Of a stretch of 64,000 nucleotides of DNA, positions 38,760-52,935 are shown piece after piece. Position 1 is the first letter of the stretch. Every line of letters begins with the position of its first letter. The translations under genes were made by a program, and so were the position numbers. This DNA comes from Octopus sinensis (taxonomy: Eukaryota): the NCBI RefSeq assembly GCF_006345805.1, contig NC_043008.1:42470001-42534000 (forward strand), given 5' to 3'. A model generated the notes under the pieces. The model saw only the letters and a list, made by a program, of their open reading frames with translations, was not told the DNA's origin and searched no databases.

Positions 38760-39629
38760 ACTGTTAAATTCGAAGTGCACTCTTCAAAACTGCATTTATA
38801 ACAAGTTGATGCAGGTAGTTTATCCTGTTTCTCTGTGACGTTTAGTTCATGAAAGCAGGTTGTAATTTTACAATGTAATTTTCCTGAGTGTAAGTCTCGA
38901 AGAGTACAGTTCAATTTTAAGAGTTATTTTTTCAGTTATAATGGAAATGACAAACGAGCATATTCGACATATTTTGCTTTATGAGTTCAGTAAAGAACAA
39001 CAATGCAACGGAAAGTGCGAGGAATATTAATGCAGTATATGGGGATCAAAGGATAAGTGTAAGCCAGTGTCAACGGTTGTTCCAGAAATTCTGAGCTGGA
39101 AACTACAGCCTAGAAGACGTCCGGCAAACCCTGGTGGAAATGCTGAGGAACTAAGAGAGAAGCTTGAATTTGGCTATTCAACCAGTCATTCGAGTCAGGG
39201 CAAGAAGCAAAACGACCATCTTTAGTTTCATGACGAAAAGTGTTCTTGTGTCAGGATAATGCTCGGCCACATACAGCGAGGATGACATCCCAAAAGCTGG
39301 AGCAGTCTGAATAGGAAACAAAGCCCCTCCCACCATATTCCCCGGGCATTGACCCATCTGATCATCATTTATGCCACAGCCTTCAAAACCATTTGGATGA
39401 AGAATATGTGAATTCTGTAGACGTGGCAGAACAGTAGTGGAGGAGTATTTTCTGTCACGGAGAAATGAATTTTGAAAGAGGGGCCTTGTGAATCTACCAG
39501 ATAGATGGAAGAGCATTTTAGAAAATGAAGGAGAGTATACTTTAGATTGAAAAAGAACATTGTTTATCATAATTTTGAAAAATGAAAGAATTACTAAAAA
39601 CCCCGATTTGTGTCTGGGATGGCCTAATA
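38760..39629 (+). mobile_element. Internally deleted mariner fossil, plus-strand copy of the same family
   Basis: ATG at 38941: MEMTNEHIRHILLYEFSK..NATESARNINAVYGDQRISVSQCQRLFQKF; QDNARPHTAR...PPYSPGIDPSDHHL...LPDRWKSILENEGEYTLD* (stop near 39550); TIR ...CTGGGATGGCCTAATA ends at 39629. Confidence 0.85.
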
Positions 39630-40335
39630 TATATAAAAGTACATATATACATAACAAATGAAAACAAAACAGCAGTCGCTCGTTCAAAGACAGAAGTCAA
39701 TATATTCGTAATAATTTATTATTCATATAATGTTAATTCTCCGACAAACATTATGAAATATTTGCTTTGTTTTTTTTTTCGTTTATTTATTACTTATTAA
39801 CATTAAAGAACAGGAGAAAATTACGTTTACTAACTTGATTGAAGAGTTGAAAATGCATAAACGCATAAAAATCAACCAGCTTTCACTTTTACAAACCTGG
39901 GCAGAAACATGACCCTCATTTTCATTTGAGGTAATTTTCCATTTAACAACTCGCAGGACAGTTTATATTGTAATATAATAAACACGCACATAGAGTTTCA
40001 TAAAAATTCCAGTATTTCTAAGCAGACTTTAATATTTATTTATTATCCTTTCTCTTTAAAAGAAAATATCAAACCAGAACAGCAATCGTTTACATGTAAA
40101 ATTCAATCGAACAAACGTAACATAATGCAGAAAATAAATATAATTGAGTATTAGTTCAGAGACAAATAACTGACATTTCGAAATCGATTTTTCAAAAAAC
40201 ATATAAACTCACATCAAATATAAACAAAAAAACAAACAAAATGAAACAATACTAATTCGAATTTTCCAACACGATTTCTAACTGATTTTCTGTTATTTTA
40301 AATTTTTTTTTTGGTGTGGCTTCTGTTGATGCCAT

Positions 40336-40414
40336 ATATCATCATCATCATCATCATCATCCTCATCATCATCATCATTGCAATCATCATCATCGTAATC
40401 ATCATCATCATCAT

Positions 40415-40500
<86 letters not shown>

Positions 40501-40749
40501 CCATCATCTTCATAATCATCATCATCAAAATCATCATTATCATCGTCGTCGTCATCGTCATCAACAGCACCATCATCATTAGCGTAATAGTAATCGCAAT
40601 CATAATTCTCATGACCATCAATTACATTATCGTCATCACAATCATCTTCACCACCATCACCATTATCTTCATTATCATCATCATCATATCATCATCATCA
40701 TCATCATCATCATTGCAATCATCATCATCGTAATCATCATCATCATCAT

Positions 40750-40812
<63 letters not shown>

Positions 40813-41015
40813 CAATCATCATCATCATCATCATCATCATCACCATCATCTTCATAATCATCATCATCAAAATCATCATTATCATCGTCGTCGTCATCGT
40901 CATCAACAGCACCATCATCATTAGCGTAATAGTAATCGCAATCATAATTCTCATGACCATCAATTACATTATCGTCATCACAATCATCTTCACCACCATC
41001 ACCATTATCTTCATT

Positions 41016-41025
<10 letters not shown>
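40336..41025. repeat. ~342-bp tandem duplication within a (CAT)n low-complexity tract
   Basis: Unique anchors recur at a 342-bp period (AACAGCACC at 40563 and 40905; CTCATGACCATCA at 40609 and 40951). Confidence 0.85.
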
Positions 41026-41075
<50 letters not shown>

Positions 41076-42254
41076 TCTACCATTATCCCCATCATCTTTA
41101 TTATCACCACCACCAACACCATCATCACCACCGCTATCATCGTTATTGTCGTTGGCTTCCAATAACATTGTTGGAAATATGTAGTCTTACATCTGATTGG
41201 ATCCTGTATCCATGCATCCGTACATCCACGCCATCTCTATGAACACAGCTTCCAATCTGACTCCATGCTAACATTGAAAATGCACACACACATACTCGCC
41301 AACTAATTTTAGCTCCTCTGTTATAGATTACTCTCAGACAAATATATACATCTTATTAACAGCATCAACATCTTCTGCTTCTTATTTGCGTGTTCGAACT
41401 TCACTCTCCGATTCCTTATCCTTTTGCTATTTACTAATTGACTCGGGCCATTATTATTCCTTCCCCTCTCGAGTTGAATTCTTTCATTTTATATTATAAC
41501 GATGTATTCGATGTCGAAAATTGCCGAAATAAGCCGATCTTTGAAGATCCGTTTATAGAAGTACACACAGTTGTTGTCTCTGCCATCCACGTTTCTATTG
41601 CATGATGTATTTTTCAAATATATTTCATTGCCTCTTCCGAATCGTTTATCCAATGCTAACCATTTCGACTATTAACCCCTCATTCTTTAATACTTGATTC
41701 CGTTTTCGTATCTGCAGCCATTTTGGGTTGGAGTTTCATCTTGTTCGGAATTCATGTTACTTTGTTGTAATAACAATTGCGTGTCTCGTAAAGTGAAAAT
41801 CTAATTATTTTTTCTATGAATATGATTTTACGGTACCATAATTAAATTATGTTTCAAGAACCACATTTCCAAAGTCTTGTTGTTTAGTTTTTTTGTTTTT
41901 TTTTTACGAATCAAAATTTCAAAAATGCATGTAGTAAAAAATGCTAAAAGCATCTTCGGAAGAATGGTATTACTGGGTTTAGAGGAACTGGTATGTGTTC
42001 CTCACTGAATCTTTCCTAGATCTATGAGAATTGGTTTTTAGCTTACTAATAGCAACTTTATCTTGTTTAGCTTATATAATTTAGAAATGATATGAAGTAT
42101 AAATTGTCTACATTCCACAAATGAATTTCGATTGATATAAATGCAAAATTACGTCTGATAATAAATCTGTTCTGTTTGACATTGGTAACACTGGATTGGA
42201 TGTCTCATGTCCAAAAACATATTCGTGCTTCCAACATTGATACTTAATCATACC

Positions 42255-42680
42255 AGTTGTGTCAGCTCATAGGCCGAGACGTAGAGGCATACGAAATGTA
42301 CTCTAAAGGAGATCCGGTCCTTAATCAACCATTGCATCAGGAAGATTCTTGAAATACATTGGCCGAAAAAAGAAATCAAATAGATTGCCTTCTGGTAACA
42401 AATGCAGCGACCCCTCGTTGACATAGAGCTGAAATGAAGTGTTTCGGCATTGGAAACAGATTCAGTAAACATAATCACAACGCTGTCAAGCGGTTCCTCT
42501 GGGGGAAAGCTTAGCACAAAAGGACGAGAGCAAAAGCTAAAGAAATTTTGGCGACGTTGATTTTTTTGCAGAACAAAGCGGAAGATCCGGATGGGACAAG
42601 GGATGCTGGGGAAGAAGTTCCATGATAGGGACGAGCGGAGGGAGATCCTCGATGGTCTGCGTCACAAAGTATCAATGAGC
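42255..42680 (+). mobile_element. 5'-truncated RTE-clade LINE 3' fragment (degenerate)
   Basis: HCIRKILEIHWPKK resembles CLRKILRIHWP. It is followed by degenerate GKRKRGRP..TWRR and DR..WR..VDGL-like segments typical of RTE ORF ends. Confidence 0.62.
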
Positions 42681-42789
42681 GATATTGATATTCCTCCAAG
42701 AACTCCAAACAAAATACAGAAACGCGTATGATGTACTTTGACGGACTGAGAAATTTCACACACACACGCACACATACACACACACATAG

Positions 42790-42841
<52 letters not shown>

Positions 42842-43482
42842 ATATATATATACATATACATATGTGTGTGCCTGTAGTTTATTCTTAAGGGTTATTCAAC
42901 AAAGTCGAATGAAGTTATATCTCCGACATTTTGTCCAAGGAATAAATCATATTAAATATTTAATTAATGAATTAATCTCGTGAATAAATTGGTATTAAAG
43001 CATATCCATTGGTCACTAATACCAACATATTTGTTGATAATGAATTGTTTTCATTTCTCATAATCATTTAAATGTAATTAAAATGTTCCATAATTAATGT
43101 CTAAAACAAATTCTATTGTTTTTCTATTAAATTGTTAAAAGTTTTTCCCCATACTCCTGAAAAGATATTAATTGAATAAACTGAGGTTAATTATCATCTA
43201 TATTATTATTATCATTATTATTCTTTTAATTCAAGGAAACCGGCTTGATGGAAAATATTTCTCTTGATATATCATTAGATTCCATCACATTTTCTATTCG
43301 TTACTCTCCTCTTTTCTGAAATGAGTCAAAGAAAGCGAAACTTAGGATTTTTTTCACTTGGGGAGTGCTTTGAAAACTATTTCATAAAGATAGAAGTTAA
43401 CAAATAGAATGACAAAATCTATATACGTATTTCTTTTTTCCTGAAGACTCTGTACTTTGTCATATCATTCGATACAAACAAT

Positions 43483-43570
<88 letters not shown>

Positions 43571-44181
43571 GAGAGACAGAGAGAGACAGACAGACAGAAA
43601 CAGAGAGAGAGACAGAGAGAGAGAGTGCGAAATTTCTGGTGTTTCTCCGAAACGAGATGAATCACTAATTAATTAGTGAAAATCCTGATTACCTCCTTCT
43701 ACTTAACATCTTAACCTCTTCAAATATTCTACACACACACACATATATATACACACATACTGACACACATATATGCGTGTGTGGGTGGTGTGTGTATGTG
43801 CGTATGTAATTAATAAATCGTATGCAGTACACCTGGTGGTTCACAGGTATACTCGTTGATTGGATTAGCGTCCGTTGCGTGCTTGATTAATGAGAAACGG
43901 AAGATGGAAGATACGAGGATTTTTATTGATCACTGAAACCATTTCCACCATCTTGCATCGAACCCTCGCGGGTGGGCTGTGTCCCTTCGGTTGATTTCAG
44001 GATGCGTTTTCTAAAATAAATTCTGTTTCGCACAATTTATTTCTGGATGTTTTCTTCTTGTTCTTTGTATTTAGAAATGGCAAATTAAGGGATATCGTTT
44101 CGTTCTTATAGAAGATCTATAACAAAGACGAAATGCAAAAAGAAACAAATACACAATACAGCGAAGAAACTATATTACATA

Positions 44182-44215
44182 CTAGACTACCCGTGACCCG
44201 CTGGGTCACCAGTAT
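44182..44215 (-). mobile_element. Helitron 3' terminus (5' end not located)
   Basis: The minus strand reads GTGACCC-agc-GGGTCAC (hairpin, 44209-44193), then GGGTAGT-CTAG|T. Confidence 0.62.
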
Positions 44216-44728
44216 TTCAAGATGCCCGAAAAAACTATGTATCTCAGGAATTTGTGGTCCAATTTATGCGAAACTTGTTATTCCGTGAGCATTCACATTT
44301 CAGGAGCACTTTACTTTCAAGGTATTTTCCCATTATACGCCGGTTTGGCTGAGTAACATTGCAAGCAAGCAACATTGAAGTTCATTGTCAATAGTATACA
44401 GGTTGCATATCCGTACCTCATCTTTGTTATGGACCTTCTAGAATAATGAAACTTTATCCCTTAATTTGCCATTTCTATATACGAAGACCAAGAAAATATG
44501 CAGAAATAAGTTGTGCAAAACAAAGTTTATTTTAAGGAGATACCTCTTGAAATAACCTCTGGAGACACCTCTACACCGAGGAATACACCTGAGCTAGATG
44601 CGCGAAAGATCTATGTTAGATGGATCGAAACGATTGTAGTGATCAATAAAGATTCTCACCTCTTCCATATTCTGTTACACACACACATACACATACATAC
44701 ACAAACGCTAACACACGCAGACACACAC

Positions 44729-44784
<56 letters not shown>

Positions 44785-45757
44785 TATATATATATATAAT
44801 GTATCACGTTAACGGTGTTTCGTTTCAGTAAAGCTTCTAACCACATTAAATCACTAATTGATAATCATATTATTTATTAAAATGATATTAAATGAATATT
44901 TCAACACATAGGTGATATCTTCTTTCAACGATTAAACTTCGTGGATAAAACATATTAATATGTACTATCACCGAACAACGATCGACATGTATATTAATAT
45001 AATCACTCGGATAACGAACGAATTTGTATTATTAATAACACTATATGAAACAGTGACGTATACCACGTGGCTGGCTTCCACTGTTACTAGTCCCATCAGG
45101 GAAGATACCATTCCGAACCGAGCACAATTTACTTTTCTACACGATACAAAAAATTTATCGCATTTTACAGACAATTAACATTTTAAACTTTTTAGTTCTG
45201 TTCCTTGAGACTCGCGAGTCAACACCAATTTCCTATGAACTTCTAAATTTACTCATGTAATTTTTCATTAAGAACTAAAACTATTACCACTTTTGGCGCT
45301 CTCCGCCAAAATTTCGTATCTTGTACCTATGGTAAAAAAGAACATTATTATTATTAATATCATTATTACTGGTGCTGTTTTTATTGCTATTATTTTTGGT
45401 GTTGTTACTAACATTGCATTACTTCCTCACGCATAATTGTATTTTTATGCATTTATTTACGTCGACTCACTTTAAGACATTCGTAAATGGTTTCCTCACA
45501 CGATTCCATATAACCGACCTTCAATGTCTTTGCATCACCCTGTATCACTCTAGAAAAGAAACACGTTTATCACATACACAGACTCACACATACACATACG
45601 CAATACACACACACACATATATATATATATATACATATGTATATGTGTGTGCGTGTGTCTGTAGGTATATATACATACAAATAATTATATATATATATGC
45701 ATATATACATACGTACACATAAATACATTTATACATATATATATATGTATGTATACC

Positions 45758-45821
<64 letters not shown>

Positions 45822-46501
45822 GGCACAGGACGTCACGCATTTAATAAGACAAGCTTTCGATAAAACAGTTGCTTCCGCAGAGCAAATTAAATAAAATCTG
45901 GGATTTTGCGGCGGGTGACAAAATTAGTAACACAAGCAGGACGCTGAAAACAAAGATGCTGCTAAGCCTAAGCGAGGATTGATGGCGAACGCGTAAATCT
46001 AGCTTGGACAGGAGACAGACAAGAACACCTGTATACATAATACATACATACATACATACATATATATATATAGAAAGAGAGAGAGAGAACAGATATAAAT
46101 GCACATATGTATAAATACGTCACTGACGTATTTATACAACGTAATATTCGATGTCCTTTTTTTTTATCTTAGTCTAGTTCGCTTTACCATTCATACCATT
46201 CTTCGAGCATGAACCAGCAAAATTAAATTTATGTCAACGTAAAGGACAATGTCTCCGACGATCGACTTCGGCGTTTTTGTTATTATGATCAGAAATGAAA
46301 TAGAACTGTACTTGGTGTATCGCCGTCTTTCAAAAACAGGGAGATTGAATTGTTTTATTCGTTCCATCAGTCTATAGATATTTCCTCATTAACATGGAAT
46401 GATTAACAAAAGATATTCAGTAACATTCATGGAGAGCTTCGTGTTTAAAATGACTGTAATTCTACTACTACTACTACTACACAGACACACACACGCACAC
46501 A

Positions 46502-46576
<75 letters not shown>

Positions 46577-46970
46577 CAATATACACATACATCCATACAT
46601 ATAGGCGGTGTGTGTATACATATATATTTATATATATATATTTATATATATGTATACATAAATATATTATTCATATTTATGTATAGATACATATATATAC
46701 ATATATATATATATTTGTATATATGTGCATATATAGAAATAGACATACACTCCTATATGTATGTATGTGTGTATGTATTTATGTACAATGTTTCTGAATT
46801 TTATAAATATTTATATTTATTGAATTATAGACACATACTCAACAGCAAACGCATACACATACAGAGGATTTCTGACTTTTTGAGATATTCAGCAATTATT
46901 TTATTCACTACCGTTTGAATATCCAAAAGTTTAAATACTGAGAAAAGATTGACTTAATATATCACATGGG

Positions 46971-47017
<47 letters not shown>

Positions 47018-47706
47018 CTTCTACAGAAGATTTTGTACAGATCTATACATACTTATATACATGCATACATACACACATACATATATACATGCATCCATAC
47101 TCGCACACAGGCACACGCATATCAATGCATAAAGATGGGTTACAATAATTAAATTTTTTTTTAAATAGACAAAGTACTCTCAGACAATATAATTATAACG
47201 TAATATTGCTACATAAAACACGTGGGCCATTCGATATAAAATCCATATTGCGCGGCCCCTCAGTAAAAATCAAAGTTAAATAGACAGCGTTGAGAAATCG
47301 ACAATACACATTGACAGATCGGCACATATTCAGCCCAAAATTAAAAGGTTGTATAATATAATTCGGCTACGTTGTAATTTAAAGAAAATTTCAAGAGTAT
47401 CATAGGTTTATATGAGCATGTATTGATTGTGATATCCTCCGAAGCGTTGACACGATATGCTTCGGAGTTGACAGTTTTATGTATATCGAAACATTAATGT
47501 TCGTGTGTAAGTCTCCATCAAGTTTGCTGCGGGGTTCATTATCACAGTGTGATTGTTTATAGATTTTGAGTCGTTGTTGATACATGTATGTATGTTTGTA
47601 TGGGTATATATATATGTGCATATATGTATGTACTTTTGTATGAATGTATATATGTATATATGTATGTAAGTAGGTTTATATGCATAAATGTGTGTGCTTA
47701 TTTATG

Positions 47707-47808
47707 AATTTATGAATTTCCCATTTCCAATGAATACATCTCTCTGCGTGTATATATATATATACACGCAGAGAGATGTATTCATTGGAAATGGGAAATT
47801 CATAAATT
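47707..47808. repeat. Perfect 102-bp palindrome centred on (TA)7
   Basis: AATTTATGAATTTCCCATTTCCAATGAATACATCTCTCTGCGTG-(TA)7-CACGCAGAGAGATGTATTCATTGGAAATGGGAAATTCATAAATT. Confidence 0.95.
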
Positions 47809-47970
47809 GCTACTCCAAACTAAGAGTTCCCGATTTTAGAACACAGTAACTTACATTTATGTAGAGAATACTTTGTGTTTTCAGTACTCCCTATTGTATG
47901 AATCATTTGTAATATTGTATTCACACCCTCACGCGTACACTTATTTATACAAAATCTCACATACGTATGT

Positions 47971-48022
<52 letters not shown>

Positions 48023-48023
48023 T

Positions 48024-48107
<84 letters not shown>

Positions 48108-49051
48108 GTATATATATTTACATACATTGATACATATGTACCAACATACGTACATACATGTAGAGTACATACCTACATAAGTACATATATTTATAGCTTG
48201 TAAGCTTTGATTAATTTGCTTGTATGTGGAAATATGTTATTGAGTAGGGACTCTAAATGTTACTCATGGACTTATATATATGTAATTGTTATCATTAGAG
48301 CGTGAATACTGAGTTTATTCACCATTCCGAAAGAATAGATTCAAAGGTCATCGATTGTTATGAACCGAACTACAAACACACACACACACACACACGTCTA
48401 CATGCATACATACATACATACACACAGACGTACGTATATCTCTTTGTGTATGTGTATATATATGTATGTATACATAGACGTGTGTCTGTAGTATATGTAA
48501 TTCTTTGTATATGTTTCGTAGTGTCCTTGAGTATATTGTATCATTGCCACAAACACATATGCAATGACGTAGCAATATCCAAAGCTATCCACGTCGTTGT
48601 GGAAGTTTCGTATTTCACGATTGTTGTCGCAGCCACACATTAACGGTATTCATTGTTGCAGTTGTCCATAAAAAACAGACATTAATAATCGCTTAAAAAC
48701 CAAGCCTCCCTCCATGTTATTACATACACATACTATATTTGCGTGTATTTGTGTACATGTGTGCGTCTATTTGTAATATGTGTCTTTGTATGTGTATACG
48801 TGTGTAAGTACCTGTATATACATGCAGATATACACATGAATACGCAGGTGTGTGTGTTTGTATGTGTAAAAGACGAATGTCCATTTTTCTTGTAAATTTG
48901 AATATTGTTCTGCATTTTCGTTTTTCTGTTCCATTTTATATATTTCAGTAAACCATTTTGGTGCCGTATTTACAATGTCAATTTGATACCGGTTTATGGT
49001 ATGTATATATGTATGTGTATATTTTCATAAATCACTATGTATGTGTATAAT

Positions 49052-49629
49052 TTACGGCAATGTATGCTCCAAGCTGATGTCTTTGGTCATAGGGTTAACT
49101 ACTAGTAAGATAATTGTAGACGATACTGTGATCCCCAGAAAAACTCCGAAGAAAAATCGATCCATGACTTTAGCAATTTCCTGCCACTCTTGAATGAATT
49201 TTCTTTCCACCATACATCGGTCGTTCATTGCGATGATGTACCGAAGATAGCGCATCATTTCGTCATCAAAGGAGTTCTCTGGAGTCAGTATCGAATGTGT
49301 TTGTGCACTAACACCACTTGAGCTGGAGCAGTCTGTTATCTTCTCATGGCCGAGACCGTTACAGCGCACTCCACAATGACTGTGACGATCTGAGCCATAC
49401 GATTCTCTGGAAAGTTTTTCCATTTTGTTATGAAGCGAAGAATGGCAATAACGGTTCGGGATAGTGTCCGTCCATTCCATGCAAAGGGCCCTTGAGAGTA
49501 AGTAGGAGAATTTACGTAGCCAGTACGGCGGTCCGGATTGGAAACTACCACGGTGATGAAGGTTTAGGATGAAAACGGAAAATACCACGGACAGAGCACT
49601 CATAGCCATTATAACGGTCAGGTAAATAC
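49052..49629 (-). CDS. Terminal coding exon of a Cys-loop ligand-gated ion channel (nicotinic acetylcholine receptor subunit, alpha9/alpha10-like): TM3, cytoplasmic loop, TM4, stop
   Basis: The acceptor ttttctcttttgtAG lies at 49631-49630 with a phase-1 start. Translation: (G)IYLTVIMAMSALSVVFSVFILNLHHRGSFQSGPPYWLRKFSYLLSRALCM...EWQEIAKVMDRFFFGVFLGITVSSTIILLVVNP, ending in TAA at 49054-49052. TM3-LNLHHR, P.WLRK and EW..IA.V.DR.F-TM4 are hallmark nAChR motifs. No upstream exons were recognised in the window. Confidence 0.93.
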
Positions 49630-49734
49630 CTACAAAAGAGAAAACGAAGAGAACAAATGATTAAATAAAAAGAATCTATGGAATTTTAAAAGTACAGATT
49701 AGGAAGTACAGATACAGAAACAGTGTAACACACG

Positions 49735-49795
<61 letters not shown>

Positions 49796-50080
49796 ATACA
49801 CACACAATAAAATCAGAAAAGAATGCATTTCACATGCGGTAGGTATTTACAAAGAATTCACCAGAATTTTCATTCAGATAATCACCCCAATCGGTATCAT
49901 AGCACAATAATAATATAAAATTTAAATCGACACAACTGGGGTTAATTTTATAGCGCGTTTACTCAAAACAATTGATTTGCTCTTTGATGGTTAAAAATAA
50001 GTATATGTAGTTGTATATATATACAGATATGTATATGTATACATGTATACATATATATCTATCTATACACACACACACAG

Positions 50081-50114
<34 letters not shown>

Positions 50115-50749
50115 ATCTAAGGCAAATATGTCAACAGGACCAGTGGCACGTATTTGAAGAATACAGTGGAGAATTGCTCTGTGACATAACCCAAGTCGTC
50201 GAAGAGAAGAGTAAAAGCTCGTTTTGTGGCAATTCTAACCAATTCTAAATAAAAAGAGAAATAGTTTTCAGGGGAAAGATAACCGTTGTGTACATATTTT
50301 CTCTCCTAATCTCTTCACATCGAATAATTTATATAATTTACACGAAAATATTTGGTATTACATAAAGTGAATTTTCGAGCAAGAAAAACGTATTATGATT
50401 GAAATTGTTAAATACAACAGAAGGAGAAGCCTTCGTGGGGAAAATGAAATAAATCGAGGAATGTGTCTAAAGATTTTTTGTCATTATTTACAATGTAAAG
50501 TATGCGGAGCTGAACTCGCATAACGGGATCTGTTTATTCATTTAGATATTGCATGAATGTACTAGTTAGGCAGGTAATAAGATAATGAAACATATAAAAT
50601 ACACCGATAGCGATACCCAGGTATGACCTCGAGTGATTAAGCAATAATTGAAAATGTAAAGTAGATGACATACAATCTTTACGACAAAGCTTTCACTGGT
50701 GGTGGAGAAGTTGTTTTGGAAAAGAAGAGGTAAGTGCAGAATCCAGGGA

Positions 50750-51100
50750 GGTTTTTCTGTATCTAAGATGGAAACAGTGTTAATGGTAAATCCAAGAGAG
50801 GTGGTAGATGGAACCTGAAAGAAGACCGTCGTATATGTGTGTGTGTACGCGCGTGCCTGTGCGTGGGCCTGCGCATGTGTGTCTGTGTGTCTTTTCATCT
50901 GTGTGTGTTTGTACCCACCACCGCTGGAGACTTAGTGTCTTGACGTCCCCATAACCTAGCGTTTCGACAAAAGACGTAGATAGAATAAGTACCAGGTTTA
51001 AAATATATAAGTACTGGGGTTGATCCATTCCACTAGAATTCGTCAAGGCGGTTGCCCTAGCATGACCACAGTCTGATGACTGGGATAAATAAAAACAAAT
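50750..51100 (+). mobile_element. Family A SINE, 3' portion
   Basis: GGTAGATGGAACCTGAAAGAAGACCGTCGTATATG...GATAGAATAAGTACCAGG...AAGGCGGTTGCCCTAGCATG. Confidence 0.7.
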
Positions 51101-52536
51101 TACTTGCTGTTCTCTGTTCAAGGCCTTTATAGTTCAGTTTATTTTAATAAAATTCCGAGTTATTAGTTAAACGTTTGCAGCCAGGAAATTGAACACCTAC
51201 TTTGTATACCTTTGTCTACGTTTGATTTTTAATTTAATTAATTAGGTTTCTGAGAGCTTGAATTGAAACAGCTGTAAGGGGTATTTGACAAAGTGAAACA
51301 GCTGTAAGGGATGTTTTTGCAATTACAAAACATAAGGCCGGAAACGAGAAAAATCTTTCAAAGAATTTCATTCGCTCCATGCAATCAGCTCTTAAATGAC
51401 TGCCCTAGGCTAACATAGCAAAGCGGACGTTAAATGAATTGACAAACATCCCCTACAACTGATTTGAAACAGCTGTAATGGATGTTAGTATTTATTCATT
51501 AAATTTCTAATCATTATATAATGATTATAAAATGCCTATTAGTTATCTAGCATAAACTTTCGTAAGGTTTCACAATTCTAAAACTATTCATTTGTGATGC
51601 GTGTAACAAGACAGCGATACGTCTGAAGCAAGTTTCGGAGCCAAAACAGTGTGAAATGACGTACAGGTGTACTTCGACACCATCCAATGAACAAACAACC
51701 TCAAAGATAATGGCAGATTTCTTCTGGCGATTTCATTTGGCAAAGCTTTTAATCGCAGAGACGAATACAATCAAATTACATTCGATTTGCAAATCGAAGT
51801 TGTGTGACAAATATTTATATTTGGCAATCGCTCAAATACGTTTTGCCTGAAAGAGTATAAACGAGGGAAATGAAGTCGTTTATTGCAATTTAGAGGTGTC
51901 AGGTAGATAGCAATTGAAGATATTCCGTGTAAATATTACGTAACCACTAGTTTCCCGATACGAGAAGACATGTTTCGTACAAGAGTCGGATTATTTCATT
52001 TCATTTGGAGAAAACAAACAAAAATAAGAGTGAAAACCAAATATATAAAATAATCAAAGATATACATGTGTATGTTTGTATATACATGTAGGCATGTGAT
52101 TGCGTTTGTTTATGCAGCCAATTGGCTGAGGTGAGTCAGTGTGAAGTTGTTTTCCCGTAATCCTTCAATCGCTCTTCTTTCTCGCTTCAGTTCTGGTGAG
52201 GTCAGCTTTGAGGTTCATCCATTGAGAATCGATAAACATAACCAACCATTCCTTTAATGTAGATAAATTCTCCTTCTCGCCATTTAGTTCTGACTGCCTC
52301 GTTGTCTGTTTCCTCCTCTCAGGAATAAATCGAATATCGAATGCTGGCAGACTGAAGAGGGATGGGCTTTGTCAGGTCAGAAAGACACCAGAGTATGTCG
52401 GTTGTAACGACGTCGTCCTTCTAATTCCATCAAGAAATGGAGCCCAATGTAAGTCAAGACATGACCACATACACACACACGCGCGCATACATACACGCAT
52501 GCACACATATATTTATATACTATAAAAGTCTAGAAA

Positions 52537-52935
52537 GGCGGCGAGCTGGCAGAAACGTGAGCACGCCGGGTGAAATGCTTAGCGGTATTTCGTCTGTCGT
52601 TACGTTCTGAGTTCAAATTCCACAGAGGTCGTCTTCGCCTTTCACCCTTTCGCGGTCGATAAATTAAGTACCAGTTACGTACTGGGGTCGATGTAATCGA
52701 CTTAATCCCTTTGTCTGTCCTTGTTTGTCCCCTCTGTGTTTAACCTCTTTTGGGTAGTAAGGAAATAGATATTTCGTCTGTCGTTACGTTCTGAGTTCAA
52801 ATTCCGCCGAGGTCGACTTTGCCTTTCATGCTTCGGGGTTGATAAATAAAGTACCATTTTCCCACTGGGGTAGACGTAATCTACTTAATCCCTTTGTCTG
52901 CCCTTGTCTGTTTAGCCCCTTGTGGGCAGTAAAGA
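52537..52935 (+). mobile_element. Family B SINE with an internally duplicated body (dimer-like)
   Basis: The head AAGGCGGCGAGCTGGCAG is followed by TATTTCGTCTGTCGTTACGTTCTGAGTTCAAATTCC twice (near 52588 and 52770). Confidence 0.82.

Noticed and set aside
49583-49598. ACCACGGACAGAGC, resembling half of a REST/RE1 site
   Set aside because: The left half-site is absent, it lies within coding sequence, and there is no reason to expect REST-type regulation here.
51897-51980. Possible third hammerhead family: GAAACAUGUC on the minus strand (51961-51980), plus a 15-mer shared with the 472-bp unit
   Set aside because: No CUGANGA or pairing stem I was found, and a 15-mer match is expected by chance in 64 kb. 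At most it is a decayed half.
52345-52415. CTGAAGA...GAAAGACA...TGTCG near-hammerhead on the plus strand
   Set aside because: There is no stable stem II, and the required U16.1 is missing.
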